A stretch of 64,000 bases of DNA, from contig OZ024740.1 of NCBI GenBank assembly GCA_964016885.1, forward strand, positions 191,146,001-191,210,000, given 5' to 3'. Both the position numbers and the translations under genes were made by a program. This DNA is from Eledone cirrhosa. Taxonomy: Eukaryota. Under the pieces are notes generated by a model. That model saw nothing but the letters and a program-made list of their open reading frames with translations, had not been told where the DNA came from and did not search any database. Positions 40,801 to 55,199 of this stretch are shown piece after piece. The number at the start of each line of letters is the position of its first letter. Position 1 is the first letter of the stretch.

Positions 40801-42676
40801 CCTGTGTGAACCTTGGAAAAGAAGCTCTAGTATCAGTGATAACGAAGCCGTGATTAATCCCACCATCTTTTATATAGATATATTGCATAACGTTAGGACA
40901 TATGTGTTACTTTGAGGGTGAATTGTGCAAGAGAAAACCGGACACAAACCAACCGAAAATCCATTTACAAATTAAATAGAAACAACGGCCGCTTTATATG
41001 TTCGAGAATTTGTAGGAGATTGAATATCGTTAGTTCAATGAGAAGTAAATGTATTCTATGTAGTTAAGAAACGTGAATAATACGGATTTTCATTTTTTCT
41101 GTTGGTATATTAGAGCTGATAAAGGCATGTTTCAGCTGTGAAACGATATAATCCAACGTACAATATGTCTTGAAATGCAGCATCGTCAAACGATTATATA
41201 TATTTACATTCGGATGATTGACCTGGAGTATTGCTTCAAGAGGTCATGAGCTAAAACTTGAATAACGATTTTGTTTAACGAATAAAATAGGACTTGTAAA
41301 TTGCATATATAAACATTTGTGAAAAACTAAGAATATATACCAAAAAGCTATGATTGTTTGAATGTTATATTCAATTGGGAACGAACGCCCACAAATCAAA
41401 ACATTATAATGAATTGTTCAGAATGAAAACAACACTCATGAAAGCAAATTGTGGCAATGATATATATTAGGTGGTAAATGTAAACGGGAAATATTTAGGG
41501 TAGGTTCGTCGCGCCACACATACAAATCAGATAAATACATCGAAGAAATAGTTGACACAGTGTTAACTAAAACAACAATCAGTGAAGAGAAGAGGACATT
41601 TTTCCTTTCATATAAAAATATTCGACACATCTATTATGGTCAATAATATATATGAATTGAGAAAATGGTTTAGAATCACTTACGGGTAATTGATTGTCAT
41701 TTACACACACTATATACGTTTTCAGTGCACGAGCAATTATTTCATTTACAAATTAAATCCTGTAAAATAAAACCTTAACAAGAAAATTTATATTTGTTAA
41801 CTTCAATTAATATTTAGTTATACGGAAAATCATAGGCTGGATATATATAAGAATTTCAGACTACAATTATAGTAGATTCTCAAAAATCAAAATAAAGAAA
41901 ATAGTACATATATTTGATTTCTTACACTAAGAGGCGGCGAAATTTAAAGTGCAAGCAAATACAGCAAAAAGTATGTTATTTTATAAGGAACCTTATACAA
42001 ACATGCTGGAAATTTACACAATATGGTAAAAAATGTATAAATTCAATAAGCATCATTACAACTAGACCCTTTATGAACAACGTTATAACAATAGCAAAAC
42101 ATAGCTTCTGATTTAGCTAATAAATGATAATGTTAATTTTAAAATAGCATGAAACATTATATAAAATATACATGACACGGAAACAAAAATAAACGTTATA
42201 TAAATGGTTCATTTTATGATGAACTTGTGAGATGAATAATAGCAAAATCTAAATATTGTATTTGAGATGCTGTTGAAAATAACTATCGTAAAATAAAATA
42301 AAGCCGTAATAAAAATCAGAAGATTATGCTAAGATTAATCAATATATGAATAATGAAATAATTTAAATTTCCTTCGATTCAAAACACATGCAGGCTTTCG
42401 CAAATTTTCAGTGAACCAATAGTTAGGAATTTAAAAATATAAATCAAAATACATATTCAAACAAGTAATAAGTTCAGAAAATCTTTTCAGCACTACCGAT
42501 TTCTCTTCACTAATATCCGCTTTTTTTAATCATATTTTAACCATTGCATGCATATAACTGTTGATTTTGATACGTTTAATCTCGTGAAATCTTGATTTTT
42601 TGATTTTCAATTCATTATTTCGTATAGTTGTACTGACAAATTGCTCTCTTTCTGTCTCTCTCGCTCTATCTATCTC

Positions 42677-42752
<76 letters not shown>

Positions 42753-43217
42753 TGTGTGTGTGTCTGTATGCATGTGTGTATGCGTGTATTTGTATGCATG
42801 TGTGTATGTGTGTGTCTGTGTGTCAATGTGTACGTATATATCATTTCAGAATTTCTATGATTAGTAATTCAAGAATTATTGACGAATTTAGGAAAAAATA
42901 TATTGTTCTTGATTTTAATATAATGTCTATCTTTATAATATATACATATATGCATACATCTACTTTCTTATATCAAGCAAATATTTATTAACGATAAATG
43001 GGAATTGTTCCATCCCCACGGCAATCTTACCTAATGAACCTCAGAAAGTAGCTCGTACGAAATACTCTTCTCGCCCACGTATTCCAATTGCAAATACATA
43101 GAAACTCATAAACTGGCTCACACACGCAGGCACAACCACACACATGCACGTACATATGCATGCGAATATGCGGACAGTCACTAATACGTTTGTTCGTTTA
43201 TATATGCATATAACTAT

Positions 43218-43313
<96 letters not shown>

Positions 43314-43323
43314 AACCAGTAAG

Positions 43324-43417
43324 ACCCCGACAGCTGAGCTCAAGCCGTTTCGACGGCTAATTCTGGACTAAATGAAAATTTATCCTGGTATTTAAATAGC
43401 CGATCTTCTCAAGGGGT
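43324..43417 (-). ncRNA. Hammerhead ribozyme, U3-A8 core, long stem II
   Basis: Inverse of 45270-45363. Confidence 0.85.
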
Positions 43418-44516
43418 AATTCCATATATGGTCAAAGTGATTGTCAAAAATCAGTAGTAATTCTGTGGTTGCAAATTAGTAGGGGAGATGGTGGCTAAAC
43501 CTGCCAGTAGGAGAAAGAGGGGAGGGGGTGGAGTAGACCCAATCAAGCGTTGGTAGTGCCTGCTACAGCTGGGCATGAGGTCAAAGAAGATACAGGGGAG
43601 GGGGAGGGGGAGGAAGTCGGAACGGTAGGTAGAAGAAAAAAAAAAAAAAAAAAAAAAAAATACTGAGAGTGAAGAAAGGCAAATAAGTGTAAAGAAAAGT
43701 AAAGTAAATTAAATTCTACGACCTAGGTGCCAGGCTATTGTAGGGCGAGAATAAAATAAAGAAAGAAAGATAGAAGTAAAAAAATAAATAAATGAATAAA
43801 TAAGGAAATAAGTAAGAGAACTAGGTGGGACGAAATAGGCAAGGACCCTTTTAAGAGGTATAAGTACGTAAATGATACGGTGACGGGTCAACAAAAGGGG
43901 CCAAAATACTAAAGAGACTACCACGAAATAAACAATAAAGGTTTCCATCCCGGGCCAGCAACGACCCAGTGCAGCAAAGTGAACTTGTACGAGATAATAA
44001 TTCTGAGTCCCGAGAAAAATATATACTAATGCTAACTCTAAAAGATCTAAAACAAGCTACATGAAAGTTCGTACGAAATAAAGGTAGAATACGGAGAAAT
44101 GAATTCAGAATCCACCCCGCCCAGAAGAAGAGCGAAGCAAGAAATACTGAAACGAAAAAATAAGGCATGTGCCACTAAGAAATATAGAGGGCACAGAGAA
44201 TAGTGGGAGCGGTCGGAAAAAGGGGGAAAGTATCCGGGGTCTAAGCCAGCTGCTATAAAGGGCGGAGTCCGCCAAATCTATCAAAGACTAGGGGAGGGGG
44301 GGTGGGGGTACTAAGGCTACATGGGGCCAAAGGGCAGCCTCGGGTGGGCGAGAAAAGACGCCGACAAAGGAGAAGAGCTGGGGTAGAAGGACAAAGGGGA
44401 GAGGGGGGAAGGAAATAAAGGAAGCGATAAAAGAATACAAAGAAGATCTTACGTCTTCCTTGGCAAGCAGGGGTTACCTATTGCAAAATCGGCAACTGGG
44501 GTGTTATAGCCCTAGT

Positions 44517-45045
44517 CTACCCCCCCGGGTCATTATGGGGTTTGAGGGCGAGGTAAGTCCTACGCAATCTATGTTTACATGCAGTAACCAGTTCATCTTT
44601 CTTGTTTAGGAGTTGGTCCGTCGAAAACAGCATTTGTAAAGTTTCCTCCGAGCATAAATTACACGGACGGCGTCCTCCCGTGTAAGAATTGGCTCTGGAC
44701 AGTAATCTCCAAGTGAGATCATAGGTGATGTTGTTGTCCTTGAGGTCCCATATGTGGCCCGAAAGTGTAGTGGCGTGACGCCGGGCCGGGTTTCGGAAGG
44801 TATGTCTATGTTGGTATAGCCGGGTCTTGAAGTCACATGCGGTAAGTCCTATATAGGCTTTGTTGGAGGTATCCGTCCTCACGTTGCACTGGTAGATCAC
44901 ATTACGGTCTCTGCATCTATTGTCGAGTGGGCAAATAGATATATCCGGGCAGTTACACCTCCTGGTCGGTTCTCCACTGCTAATTAGGTTATTTCTGCCA
45001 TCGGGGTTGAGTTTTTTGTTGTTAGAGGAGACGATGTTTTGTGCG
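44517..45045 (-). CDS. PLE GIY-YIG endonuclease domain (N-terminally truncated, open frame)
   Basis: CNCP..CPLDNRC..NVIYQC..YIGLT..FKTR..H..TF..TTLSGHIWDLKD..CNLCSEE..LLNKKDEL..CKH. Confidence 0.9.
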
Positions 45046-45269
45046 AAGTACCGTTCCGACCTCCTCCCCCTCCCCCCCCCCCCCCCCTCCCCTGTATCTT
45101 CTTTGACCTCATGCCCAGCTGTAGCTGGCACTACCAACGCTTGATTGGGTCTACTCCACCCCCTCCCCTCTTTCTTCTACTGGCAGGTTTAGCCACCATC
45201 TCCCCTACTAATTTGCAACCACAGAATTACTACTGATTTTTGACAATCACTTTGACCATATATGGAATT

Positions 45270-45363
45270 ACCCCTTGAGAAGATCGGCTATTTAAATACC
45301 AGGATAAATTTTCATTTAGTCCAGAATTAGCCGTCGAAACGGCTTGAGCTCAGCTGTCGGGGT
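45270..45363 (+). ncRNA. Hammerhead ribozyme, U3-A8 core, long stem II, GUC cleavage site after 45358
   Basis: acccc-TTGAGAA-gatcggcta...tagccgtc-GAAA-cggcttgagctcagctg-TC-ggggt; all three stems pair. Confidence 0.85.
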
Positions 45364-45454
45364 CTTACTGGTTCCTATTACCCACTCTACTACCTCAAGT
45401 ATTGAGTACTTTGGTGCGTTATGGTCCACCTGGTTCCTTACCACATTTCCTTCG

Positions 45455-45616
<162 letters not shown>

Positions 45617-45852
45617 GTATATAATAGAAAGAGAGAAAAAAGATAGATTGAGAGATAGATAGATAGATATTCCTCTGCAGATATGTATTATTTTGTGAAT
45701 ATTCGAATATTCATATTTCTGTTATTCTGTCAACGGATTGGTGTTATACTTTCTAAATTAATTCGTTAAGAAAACATTACATTTGCCACTCTATACTAGA
45801 TATAATCATTCAACATTTTTTGGCAGATGTAATATTATATTTCCTATTATCG

Positions 45853-46127
45853 AATTATGTGAATGTGCCTAGCTTTGTGGTTAAGCTATTCGGCTCATGA
45901 ACTTCAGGTCGTTTCCCGACGGCGCGTTTTCTCACCGAGCAAGACCATTTATTTCAGGATATCCCCATCCTCTCTGCTGTCAACTTTAGTTAAGCCCTCA
46001 ATTCGAAGTGCCAGCTTTGTCACATTCTGAATCAAACCTAGCATTACATTAAAAGTAAGCATGTCTATGAAATACTTAGCCATTTCCACCATACATTCAC
46101 TACAAGGCTCTTCCATTTGGTGATATC
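45853..46127 (+). repeat. Old tRNA-SINE-like segment, duplicated almost exactly at 49877-50151
   Basis: A-box-like tagctttgtggttaag; 275-bp direct repeat with few mismatches. Confidence 0.75.
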
Positions 46128-47029
46128 AATTGGAACACATCTCGCCGAAACCGACACAGTTTCCGTTATTATCATATTACACAAAAAACCTACATATATA
46201 CATAAGTAAATATAAATGCAGTTATATATACACCCAATAACTATTATAATGGAATATACCACTAATATTGTGACAAGAAAACCCATCGAAAACAGATATT
46301 TCAACGATTCGTGAGAAATAATTCATTACTTTAAATTACTGTAAATACATTTGAACATGTAGGTTGGAACATGCTAAAGTAATATGGATTCAATGAATTT
46401 GCTGTTGTTTTGTTCATAGAACTAAAATCATTTTTATCTCTAGAATGAAAGTACAGGGTAATTTGGATTCAATATTAAAAACTAATATAACGAATTAATA
46501 GGAATCATTAATATTGAATTATCGACTAGAAATTTAATTATTTAATTTCATTGGAAATTTACTAAATTTTAGAAGTAGAAATATAGTTTTTATATGACAT
46601 AAATATTTAGTTATGTCATATTGTATTAGATCCGGCGCGTCAATGTTAATTTATAATAGTAAATTAAAAATAGATTCAAGAATATTGATGGCTGAGTCTT
46701 GCCCATATACACACATACACATATGCACTTACATACGTACACAAAAAATGCACACATTCACACACACACAAACACACACACGCCCACACATACATATACA
46801 CACACATACACAGATAGACACACATTATATATATATATATATATATTGTTATGCTTTGGGATAATTCAGAAACGAAATATATATATATATATGTATACTA
46901 GGGAGAGGATCAGGGGTGTATAACACTCCACTTATCCAGCAGGCAGGATAAGGTTAGCTCGATGTCTGAGGACAGAGCCGTGATATAATAAATAACAAAG
47001 AACGCCTATAGCATATGCATATCTTTACT

Positions 47030-47075
47030 TGCTAACATTGTTTCATCCGCACTATAAGTGGGACTCATCAGAGCA
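47030..47075 (-). ncRNA. Canonical-core hammerhead ribozyme
   Basis: tgct-CTGATGA-gtcccact tat agtgcggat-GAAA-caatg-TT-agca. Confidence 0.8.
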
Positions 47076-49245
47076 TAAAGGTTAATTACATACCACACAA
47101 GCAATAACAAATCCAAGACATTGAAGAATGAAAAATAATAAAAGATAAAGGATATTAAGGAAGTAAAAGTAAAAATAAAAATAAAAATAAAAATAATAAA
47201 ATAAACAATGAAAAATAAAAAATAATTGAAAAATAAGGGGTGCTATCAGTCACAGTTGGGCGGGGTGCAGTCAACATATAGTTACATACAAGCATACACA
47301 TGGATAAGAGAACAGACAAGAGTAGATAAGATAGATAGGATTAGGTAAGAGTAGGTAAAAAATAGGTGAAAAATAGGTAAAAAATAGACTTATAATATAT
47401 ATAAGAAAATATAAAAAAATATAAAAAAACATACATATAAAATATAAAATATACAGATAATAGTGATACAGGGTAAGGAATGAAATAAAATAATATAAAA
47501 TTAAAATTAAAATTATATAAAATAGAACATAATATAATATAATCATAAAATAAGATAAAATAAGGTAAACTAAAATAAAATAAAATAGACTAAAATAAAA
47601 TAATATAATATAAGATATAATTAAATATAATTAAATAAATAAATAAATAAAATTAAATAAATAAATTAAATTAAAATTAAATAAATAAATAAATAAATAA
47701 ATAAGTAAATAAATAAATGAAATTAAATAAATAAATAAAAAAATAAAATTAAATTAATTAAAATGAAATGAAATAAAATAAAATAAAATAAAGTAAATTG
47801 AGATAAGATATATATTTTTTTAGAATATATTTCTTGAATATATCAGGGGCCCACGAAGGCACTAAGTGTCACAGTTATCAGTATCACTTGACCATTTTTT
47901 TAGAATATATTTCTTGAATATATCAGGGGCCCACGAAGGCACTAAGTGTCACAGTTATCAGTATCACTTGACCATTTCAAGGCAATGGAGGCGTTCCAGG
48001 TTGGGCAGTCTCAAAAGTTCACTCGAAAGTCACGGGTGTGCATTCACACAGTTGAGCGGTGGGGTAATCACAAACCGGTTCACACCCGGGCAGGAGTCCA
48101 ATGGTCAAACAGAGGTACATCGAAGGAAGGTAGGAGAATTCACGTGCAGTAGCAAGAGGCAGACAATTGGGCCGAAAGCAAGCAGGTGCAGGCGGGTTAG
48201 CCAAAGCAAGCAGACACAGTTGGAGCGCATACAAAAGATATATAAAAAAACAAAAGATATATAAAAAATAGCTTCAAGAGCCAATATCATGAAGTCACCG
48301 CATTGGGACATCACAAGATTATACACACCAATATGTTCAGCACGTATATGCACATATACACACCACATGCATATGCAGAGACGGTATACATATATATATA
48401 TTTTTTTATATACAGACATATACAACCACCTACACCCATACACATATAAATTTATACACAGACACACACGCACACACACACAGCAGAGGACACCCGGGTC
48501 AAGCTGATATTAAACACAGAAATACCACATTAGGCAAGACCCACCACCACGGATAATACATTCAAAATAAATACATACGATGAGATGTAGTAAAATAAAA
48601 TTGAATTCCTACGGAGATAATCATGTCCGCACGTGCCATTGCCCGATTTAAGTGTACACAGACCGTTAGTAACTACGGAGGGCTATCGGGGCCAAAACGT
48701 TACTTTCGGGATCATAACAACGACCGTAAATATATGGAAGGCCGATCGTGCTAGAAAGACTACAACCCCGGGCAAGAGCTCCAGAAGTCAGCCTGTAGAT
48801 CTTAGACCACAGAATAGGAGGGCAACACGTAACTGCGCCACGTATCTACTGCTTACGGCGAGATGGCACAGGTCCGCCCACAGTTACAGGCTAAATTTCT
48901 ATTTGTGCAGCCTATATCACAGTACACGCTCTACATAGTTACATTACATCATAACTCATGCGCATACAGAGGTACAGATCCGCAAGATACACGTCAGGAT
49001 AGACCCACCAATGCACCAATAGTGGGTAGGCGAGCGTGGATGGGTTACATCCGCTGTGCCAAACAGGGGTGCTTATTAACATACACACCCACTCACCTGT
49101 ACACCCCAATATCCAGATCAATATCCTCCCGCAGGCATACGTATACACTCACCGACTCATATACATAGAAGACAAACAATAGGAGACAGTTACACACAAT
49201 AAGAGACAGTTACACAAGATAGCCCAACTGTAGAAATAAGAAGTG

Positions 49246-49695
49246 CTAGCTAATAGGTTTAAAGTAGAAGAAAGAGCTTAATATTCGGTGGGGGCAAGAG
49301 GAACATATTTCTGACTTTCTGTTTAGTAGAGGGCATTTAGCAAATATAATAGAGTGGGATTCGGCAAGGCATAGGTTACATACTCTATTATGAGGAGTAT
49401 ATGGATGGGATTTAGCAACCTGCCGCCAAGTAAGTGTGTAATGTGTTCGTGCATTTTTTAAATTGTGGACGTACGCTGCCAAGGAGGTGGAGTTCCTCAG
49501 TTTATTGTGTCTTAAAGTGCACTGGTGAGAGTTAAACATGGTCTTAAAGGGGGTGGAGGTTGATCCTATATAGGTTTTAGTGGACGCCGTAGTTACCACA
49601 TCACACGCATAAACTATGTTTCTAATAAGGCAGGAACCATTCAGGGGGCAGCCTGAAGCCCTTCTACAGTTAGAAGGCTTCAGGCTGCCCCCTGA
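49246..49695 (-). CDS. PLE GIY-YIG endonuclease domain (truncated)
   Basis: NCR..CPLNGSCL..NIVY.C..YIGST..FK..H..STSLAAYV..CNLCLAE..LLNRKSE..CPH. Confidence 0.9.
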   Translation of the reverse strand, partial: SGGSLKPSNCRRASGCPLNGSCLIRNIVYACDVVTTASTKTYIGSTSTPFKTMFNSHQCTLRHNKLRNSTSLAAYVHNLKNARTHYTLTWRQVAKSHPYTPHNRVCNLCLAESHSIIFAKCPLLNRKSEICSSCPHRILSSFFYFKPIS

Positions 49696-50959
49696 AGTAA
49701 AGATATGCATATGCTATAGGCGTTCTTTGTTATTTATTATATATATATGTATGTATAAATGCATGTTTGTGTAAATATATATATATATATATTTACTAAT
49801 ATATATGAATCAACACAAATACCAACATATCTATATTTATTTTGCAAAAGAAAATTTAGCCAGAATGAAGTATACTAATTATGTGAATGTGCCTAGCTTT
49901 GTGGTTAAGCTATTCGGCTCATGAACTTCAGGTCGTTTCCCGACGACGCGTTTTCTCACCGAGCAAGACCATTTATTTCAGGATATCCCCATCCTCTCTG
50001 CTGTCAACTTTAGTTGAGCCCTCAATTCGAATAGCCAGCTTTGTCACATTCTGAATCAAACCTAGCATTACATTAAAAGTAAGCACGTCTATGAAATACT
50101 TAGCCATTTCCACCATACATTCACTACAAGACTCTTCCATTTGGTGATATCTAGCAGTACGGTTATGAGGCTAGCTAGAAACTGCGAACGATGTGCGTTA
50201 CACAGTCTTTTAAATTATTTAGAAGTGAAGCATATCAATTTGTCCCTGGATGTTTACTGAAGAGAGCATTCCTTACACTTTTTCATCTCGAAACATATTT
50301 GGATTTTAAAATTTAAACTTATCTACGGAACAGGTTTGATTTTGAAATTTAAATGTGTCTAAACATCATGGCCATTTGGCAATACAGTTCGTCTTTGTTG
50401 ATTTATTATTTTAAATCGATATGGACAAACTGTAATATTATAATTAGTATACTTCATTCTGGCTAAATTTTCTTTTGCAATATAAATACACATATGTTGG
50501 TATTTGTGTTTCATCATATATATTAGTTTATACACGGCTCAGAAATATTTCTTTCTTTGAGCTAATTTCATTGTAAAAGAATTCATTACACTTAATATAT
50601 ATATTTATATATAAATGCATATATATGTGTGTGCGTTTGAGTAAATATATATATACAGTATTTATAATAGACGAATAGACAAAATAGAAATTATTTCAGT
50701 CCTATAACACCTTAAAAAGCTGAAATATTATATAGAAAAATATGTCATTTGTAGAGCTGCACATCTCCGAAATTATATATTAAATATAAGCATTGCAAGA
50801 GAAGATACCTTTTAAAATATAAATAAGATTTCACAGACAAATATTTGCTTAAACAACGGTTTTATTCTGGCAAAAACAGATATTGATTGAGATTATTAAT
50901 CAATAAATTAAGACGCCATAGATATACATGTACATATATATATATATATATACATGTAC

Positions 50960-51089
<130 letters not shown>

Positions 51090-51469
51090 ATATATATATA
51101 GTTTTAATATAGTTGATCTATATTAAAACTATTATACTCTGCTATGTATTGAGTACCTTACCTACTGTGGTTACCTCCGATTCAACCGGGAATAACGTAT
51201 ATATATATATATATATATATAGTTGGTTCGGGATGCTTAACTCGCCCGTAAGCGGTAGGCCGTTTGAGGACTCGATGGTCTTACAGGGCAGAGTACGATA
51301 TCAAATAAGAAGCGGAGAATGAGTGTTGCGACGAATAAAATGTATAAAGAAGAACAGGGACTGTGTAGTCGCTGGATAAAGTGTCCTTATAAATAATAGG
51401 AAAGCACGAACGGGAGAAGTTTTCAATCATCATTTGTTTGCTGGGGATCATGTATATTTCTACGCATTA

Positions 51470-51533
<64 letters not shown>

Positions 51534-52175
51534 ATACTTGGGGAGAGTCATATTGTTGTAATATTATTGCCAGAAATAATAACAGATCACACTCACTGTT
51601 TGGTTGGTTTACGCTTCTGTATCTTTGACTGACCAACGGTCAGTCAAAGAGATATAATATAAACACATATATATATAGTCTAACAAAGTTATTTCGTTGC
51701 ACATCTGCACCATCGTCAGTGGTACTATTATGTTGCTCCTGTTGTATTGTATTCTACAGTATGTTTTTTCCCACGTAGCTACAAACACAGGGAAAAGAAT
51801 TTGAAAATGCAAATGGAATATTTCAGGAGGTTTATTTACAATTATATGAGTCTATCGGCTTCACAGGTTTCCTGATTTTCAAAAGCCATGTTCGATGGAG
51901 GAGCTGTGCTGACTTCTAGCTCACATCTATATATCAAGTACCATTTGTAGAATATCACGGGATTAGGCATATACATTTTGTGGTAGTCCCAAAATCTTAA
52001 AAGTATTGGAATTTTGTTTATGTACATTTGAGTCTGTGTGTGTTGAACTAGGCGTTTTTTTGTTTTTTTTTGTCTCCTGCTACGCACATTAAACCTTATA
52101 TATAACAACAACAACAACAAACATAAAAATGGTTATTATTGCAACGTCACCATCATAATAACGACTATAGTAATA

Positions 52176-52360
52176 ATTGGTTCTACTTTTGGCACAAGGC
52201 CAGCAATTACCCAGTGTATTATTGAGTACTTCATGTTATCAACCACGTAAGGATGAAAGGCAAAGTTAACCTCGGCGGGATTTGAACTCATAATGGCTTC
52301 AAATGCCGCCGATGTTAACTTTGGCTTTCATCCTTAGGGGGTCAATAAAATAAAGTACCA
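52176..52360. mobile_element. SINE with internal inverted duplication inside a target-site duplication
   Basis: Minus 52176-52290 then plus 52298-52360; TSD actatagtaataat. Confidence 0.8.
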
Positions 52361-53007
52361 CTATAGTAATAATAATAATAAAGATGAACTAATCAGCAAA
52401 CAACCAAGAACTGTACGTAACTGTGTATGTTTGTTTACGTTGGGATGTTACGATTCAGTAGGGAGTCTGGTGCATAAATATATTTTATTTTGAATAGATA
52501 CATCTTTTTCTATTTATAATTGTGTGTGCGTACACATGATCATGTGGTGATACCATGATAGTGGCACCAACAATAGCAATAATTATAATGATAAGTCTAA
52601 CGACAAGGAGGAAAGTAATGTGTGCGTTTGTGTGTAGGAGTAGATACAGTCTATTTAGACTATTCATTAATACATATATAACACTTATTTATTCCTGTTT
52701 GATTTGTAGCATTATCTTGACGAATTTATAAAGGAGAAACATCTCTGAATTTTGGGGATTTGTTCGCTGGTCACAAATATAAATGCTCACTAATTGGTAA
52801 TCATCTTATGGCGGTTAATTCTCATTCGAGGGGTGCGTGGTTTTCCCCATAAAAATGGGCATGGCGACATATTTTCGAAAGACAAGATAAATGCTCCATA
52901 TTTCTTGAGTTTCTAAAATCGTGAAACTTGTGAAAACCGTAAAGTCATAAAATATGTTTAATAAACATTCGTTTAGAAGAATCCAATTGTATTTTAAACT
53001 TCCCTTT

Positions 53008-53316
<309 letters not shown>

Positions 53317-53330
53317 ACTAGAAATTGATT

Positions 53331-53366
<36 letters not shown>

Positions 53367-53424
53367 AAATAAAAAAAACATGAAACAATCACAGGGGATA
53401 ATCTGTAAAGTGTGTAATCACACA

Positions 53425-53531
53425 TAGCTAGGTAGGTAGCTAATTAAAGTTTAACTAGAGCTTCAAATCATGTTTTAAAAAGGTAATATTTGAAGCTCTA
53501 GTTAAACTTTAACTAGTTTCCTACCTAGCTA
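53425..53531. repeat. Short hairpin, possibly two fused PLE 3' tips
   Basis: tagctaggtagg..ttaaagtttaactagagcttcaaat and its inverse; the minus strand has GAAActagTT (palindromic stem III-like). Confidence 0.55.
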
Positions 53532-53557
53532 TATATATATATATATCTATATATATA

Positions 53558-53686
<129 letters not shown>

Positions 53687-55199
53687 CGAGAAAGAGAGAT
53701 AGACAGACAAAGAGAGTTGGATTGATAGATAAATAGCTGTATTGCTTCATTTACAGGCTTCAGTGATTGGATGCATTCAATGGTCTCAATTACTTTTTGT
53801 AGAATCAATGTAATACTTATGTGCAATGTAGAATGTTTACATCGAAGTATCATGGATATGGTTGGATTTCCACACGAATATTTTGTTTGATGGATTATTT
53901 CTTATACCAATTAGTTATGTGGTCTTGGAAAGAAATAGTTGGATTATATAGAAAACATAAGCATATCATAGACGAAGTAGTAGATTTTAGGTACAAGTAT
54001 ATCTAAAACAGATGAATTGTTGAGTATGGAGGATGCAACAGCTTAATGAGTCATTGAGTTAATACACATTATCTTCCCATTTTACTAAATATCAATTTAG
54101 AAAGAAACAATTAAAAACAATGATTTTGCAACAGATACTTTGCCTTGCGGTGTTATGACTAATTTGAAATATTTTTGTTTTTCAATTTTAAATAAAATTA
54201 AATCATTCTTACGATTTTTTTTAACGAATAAGAGATCTACAGAATATCGAGATGAACTCATCATTATTTTGATCGTAATCAGCATTAGTTACTTAAAATG
54301 TAATCAATTTATTTTAATATGTTGCCTTATCATTTTCTTCATAATATCGGACTCTGGAATTTCAATAGATATTTTTCTTTACATTACACGTGAAGAGTTA
54401 CATTGAAAGAAAGCTGAAAAAAAAAGAAACTAAGTTATATGTCACATCAGCTTATACGGGTTTCCGCATACATGGATACAGAAACTGCTGAAAGCTTAAT
54501 CGAATTATAAAACGGAGTTTTCATGAAAAACAGAATGCAGATTGAAGTGTGATTTGCATGGCACTTCTAGGTTGTGCATGATTGCCATGACTTAATGTAT
54601 ATAATCAAATATTTCTTCGTCAAATCTATCCGGTGAAAGCCCACTGCGAAAGAGCGTATATGTGGAATGATAAACAGAAAGACATAAGAAATACAAGTCA
54701 CAGACTACTCCAAATCACATCCTACTACTTGAAAGTGAAAAGGAACATTATATAATGTATTCTATACTTTGAAAGAATGTATTTGCTTGACTTGGTATAT
54801 TTCGGCATTGATCTGCACAAGGTAGAATTAAGCAAACTCTATCGCACAGCGCACACACCACACCCATCATTGTTGTAAGCGATAAAAAACGATACACACA
54901 TTTGCAATATTTGTCGGAGAAAAGAGATGATATACATTATGTGGAAAATGTATTCCACATGACATGTGGCAAGATGTATTATATATTTAACCCCGGGACA
55001 AACTCAAATACATATTTGAAAATATAGTCAAAGCAAAGTCGATAAGTGCAAATAGTAATTAGAAAATAAATCATTAGTGTCTCACAAAAAAACAATCTAT
55101 ATAAAAATATATATCTATTTTGCATTTACTTAATTCTTGTCATTGTATACATAAAAATGTCATGTACCTATAACAAAAATATCTTCAGATCTTTCCTAT

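Larger units (their letters stand above)
46898..49742 (-). mobile_element. 5'-truncated PLE (Naiad-like) with long 3' UTR and 45-bp inverted tip
   Basis: GIY-YIG coding 49246-49695; 46984-47028 is the inverse of 49697-49742; HHR at 47030; 80-bp tandem duplication at 47815-47975. Confidence 0.9.

Noticed and set aside
51842-52120. 92-aa minus-strand ORF as a host exon
   Set aside because: No recognisable domain and weak splice signals
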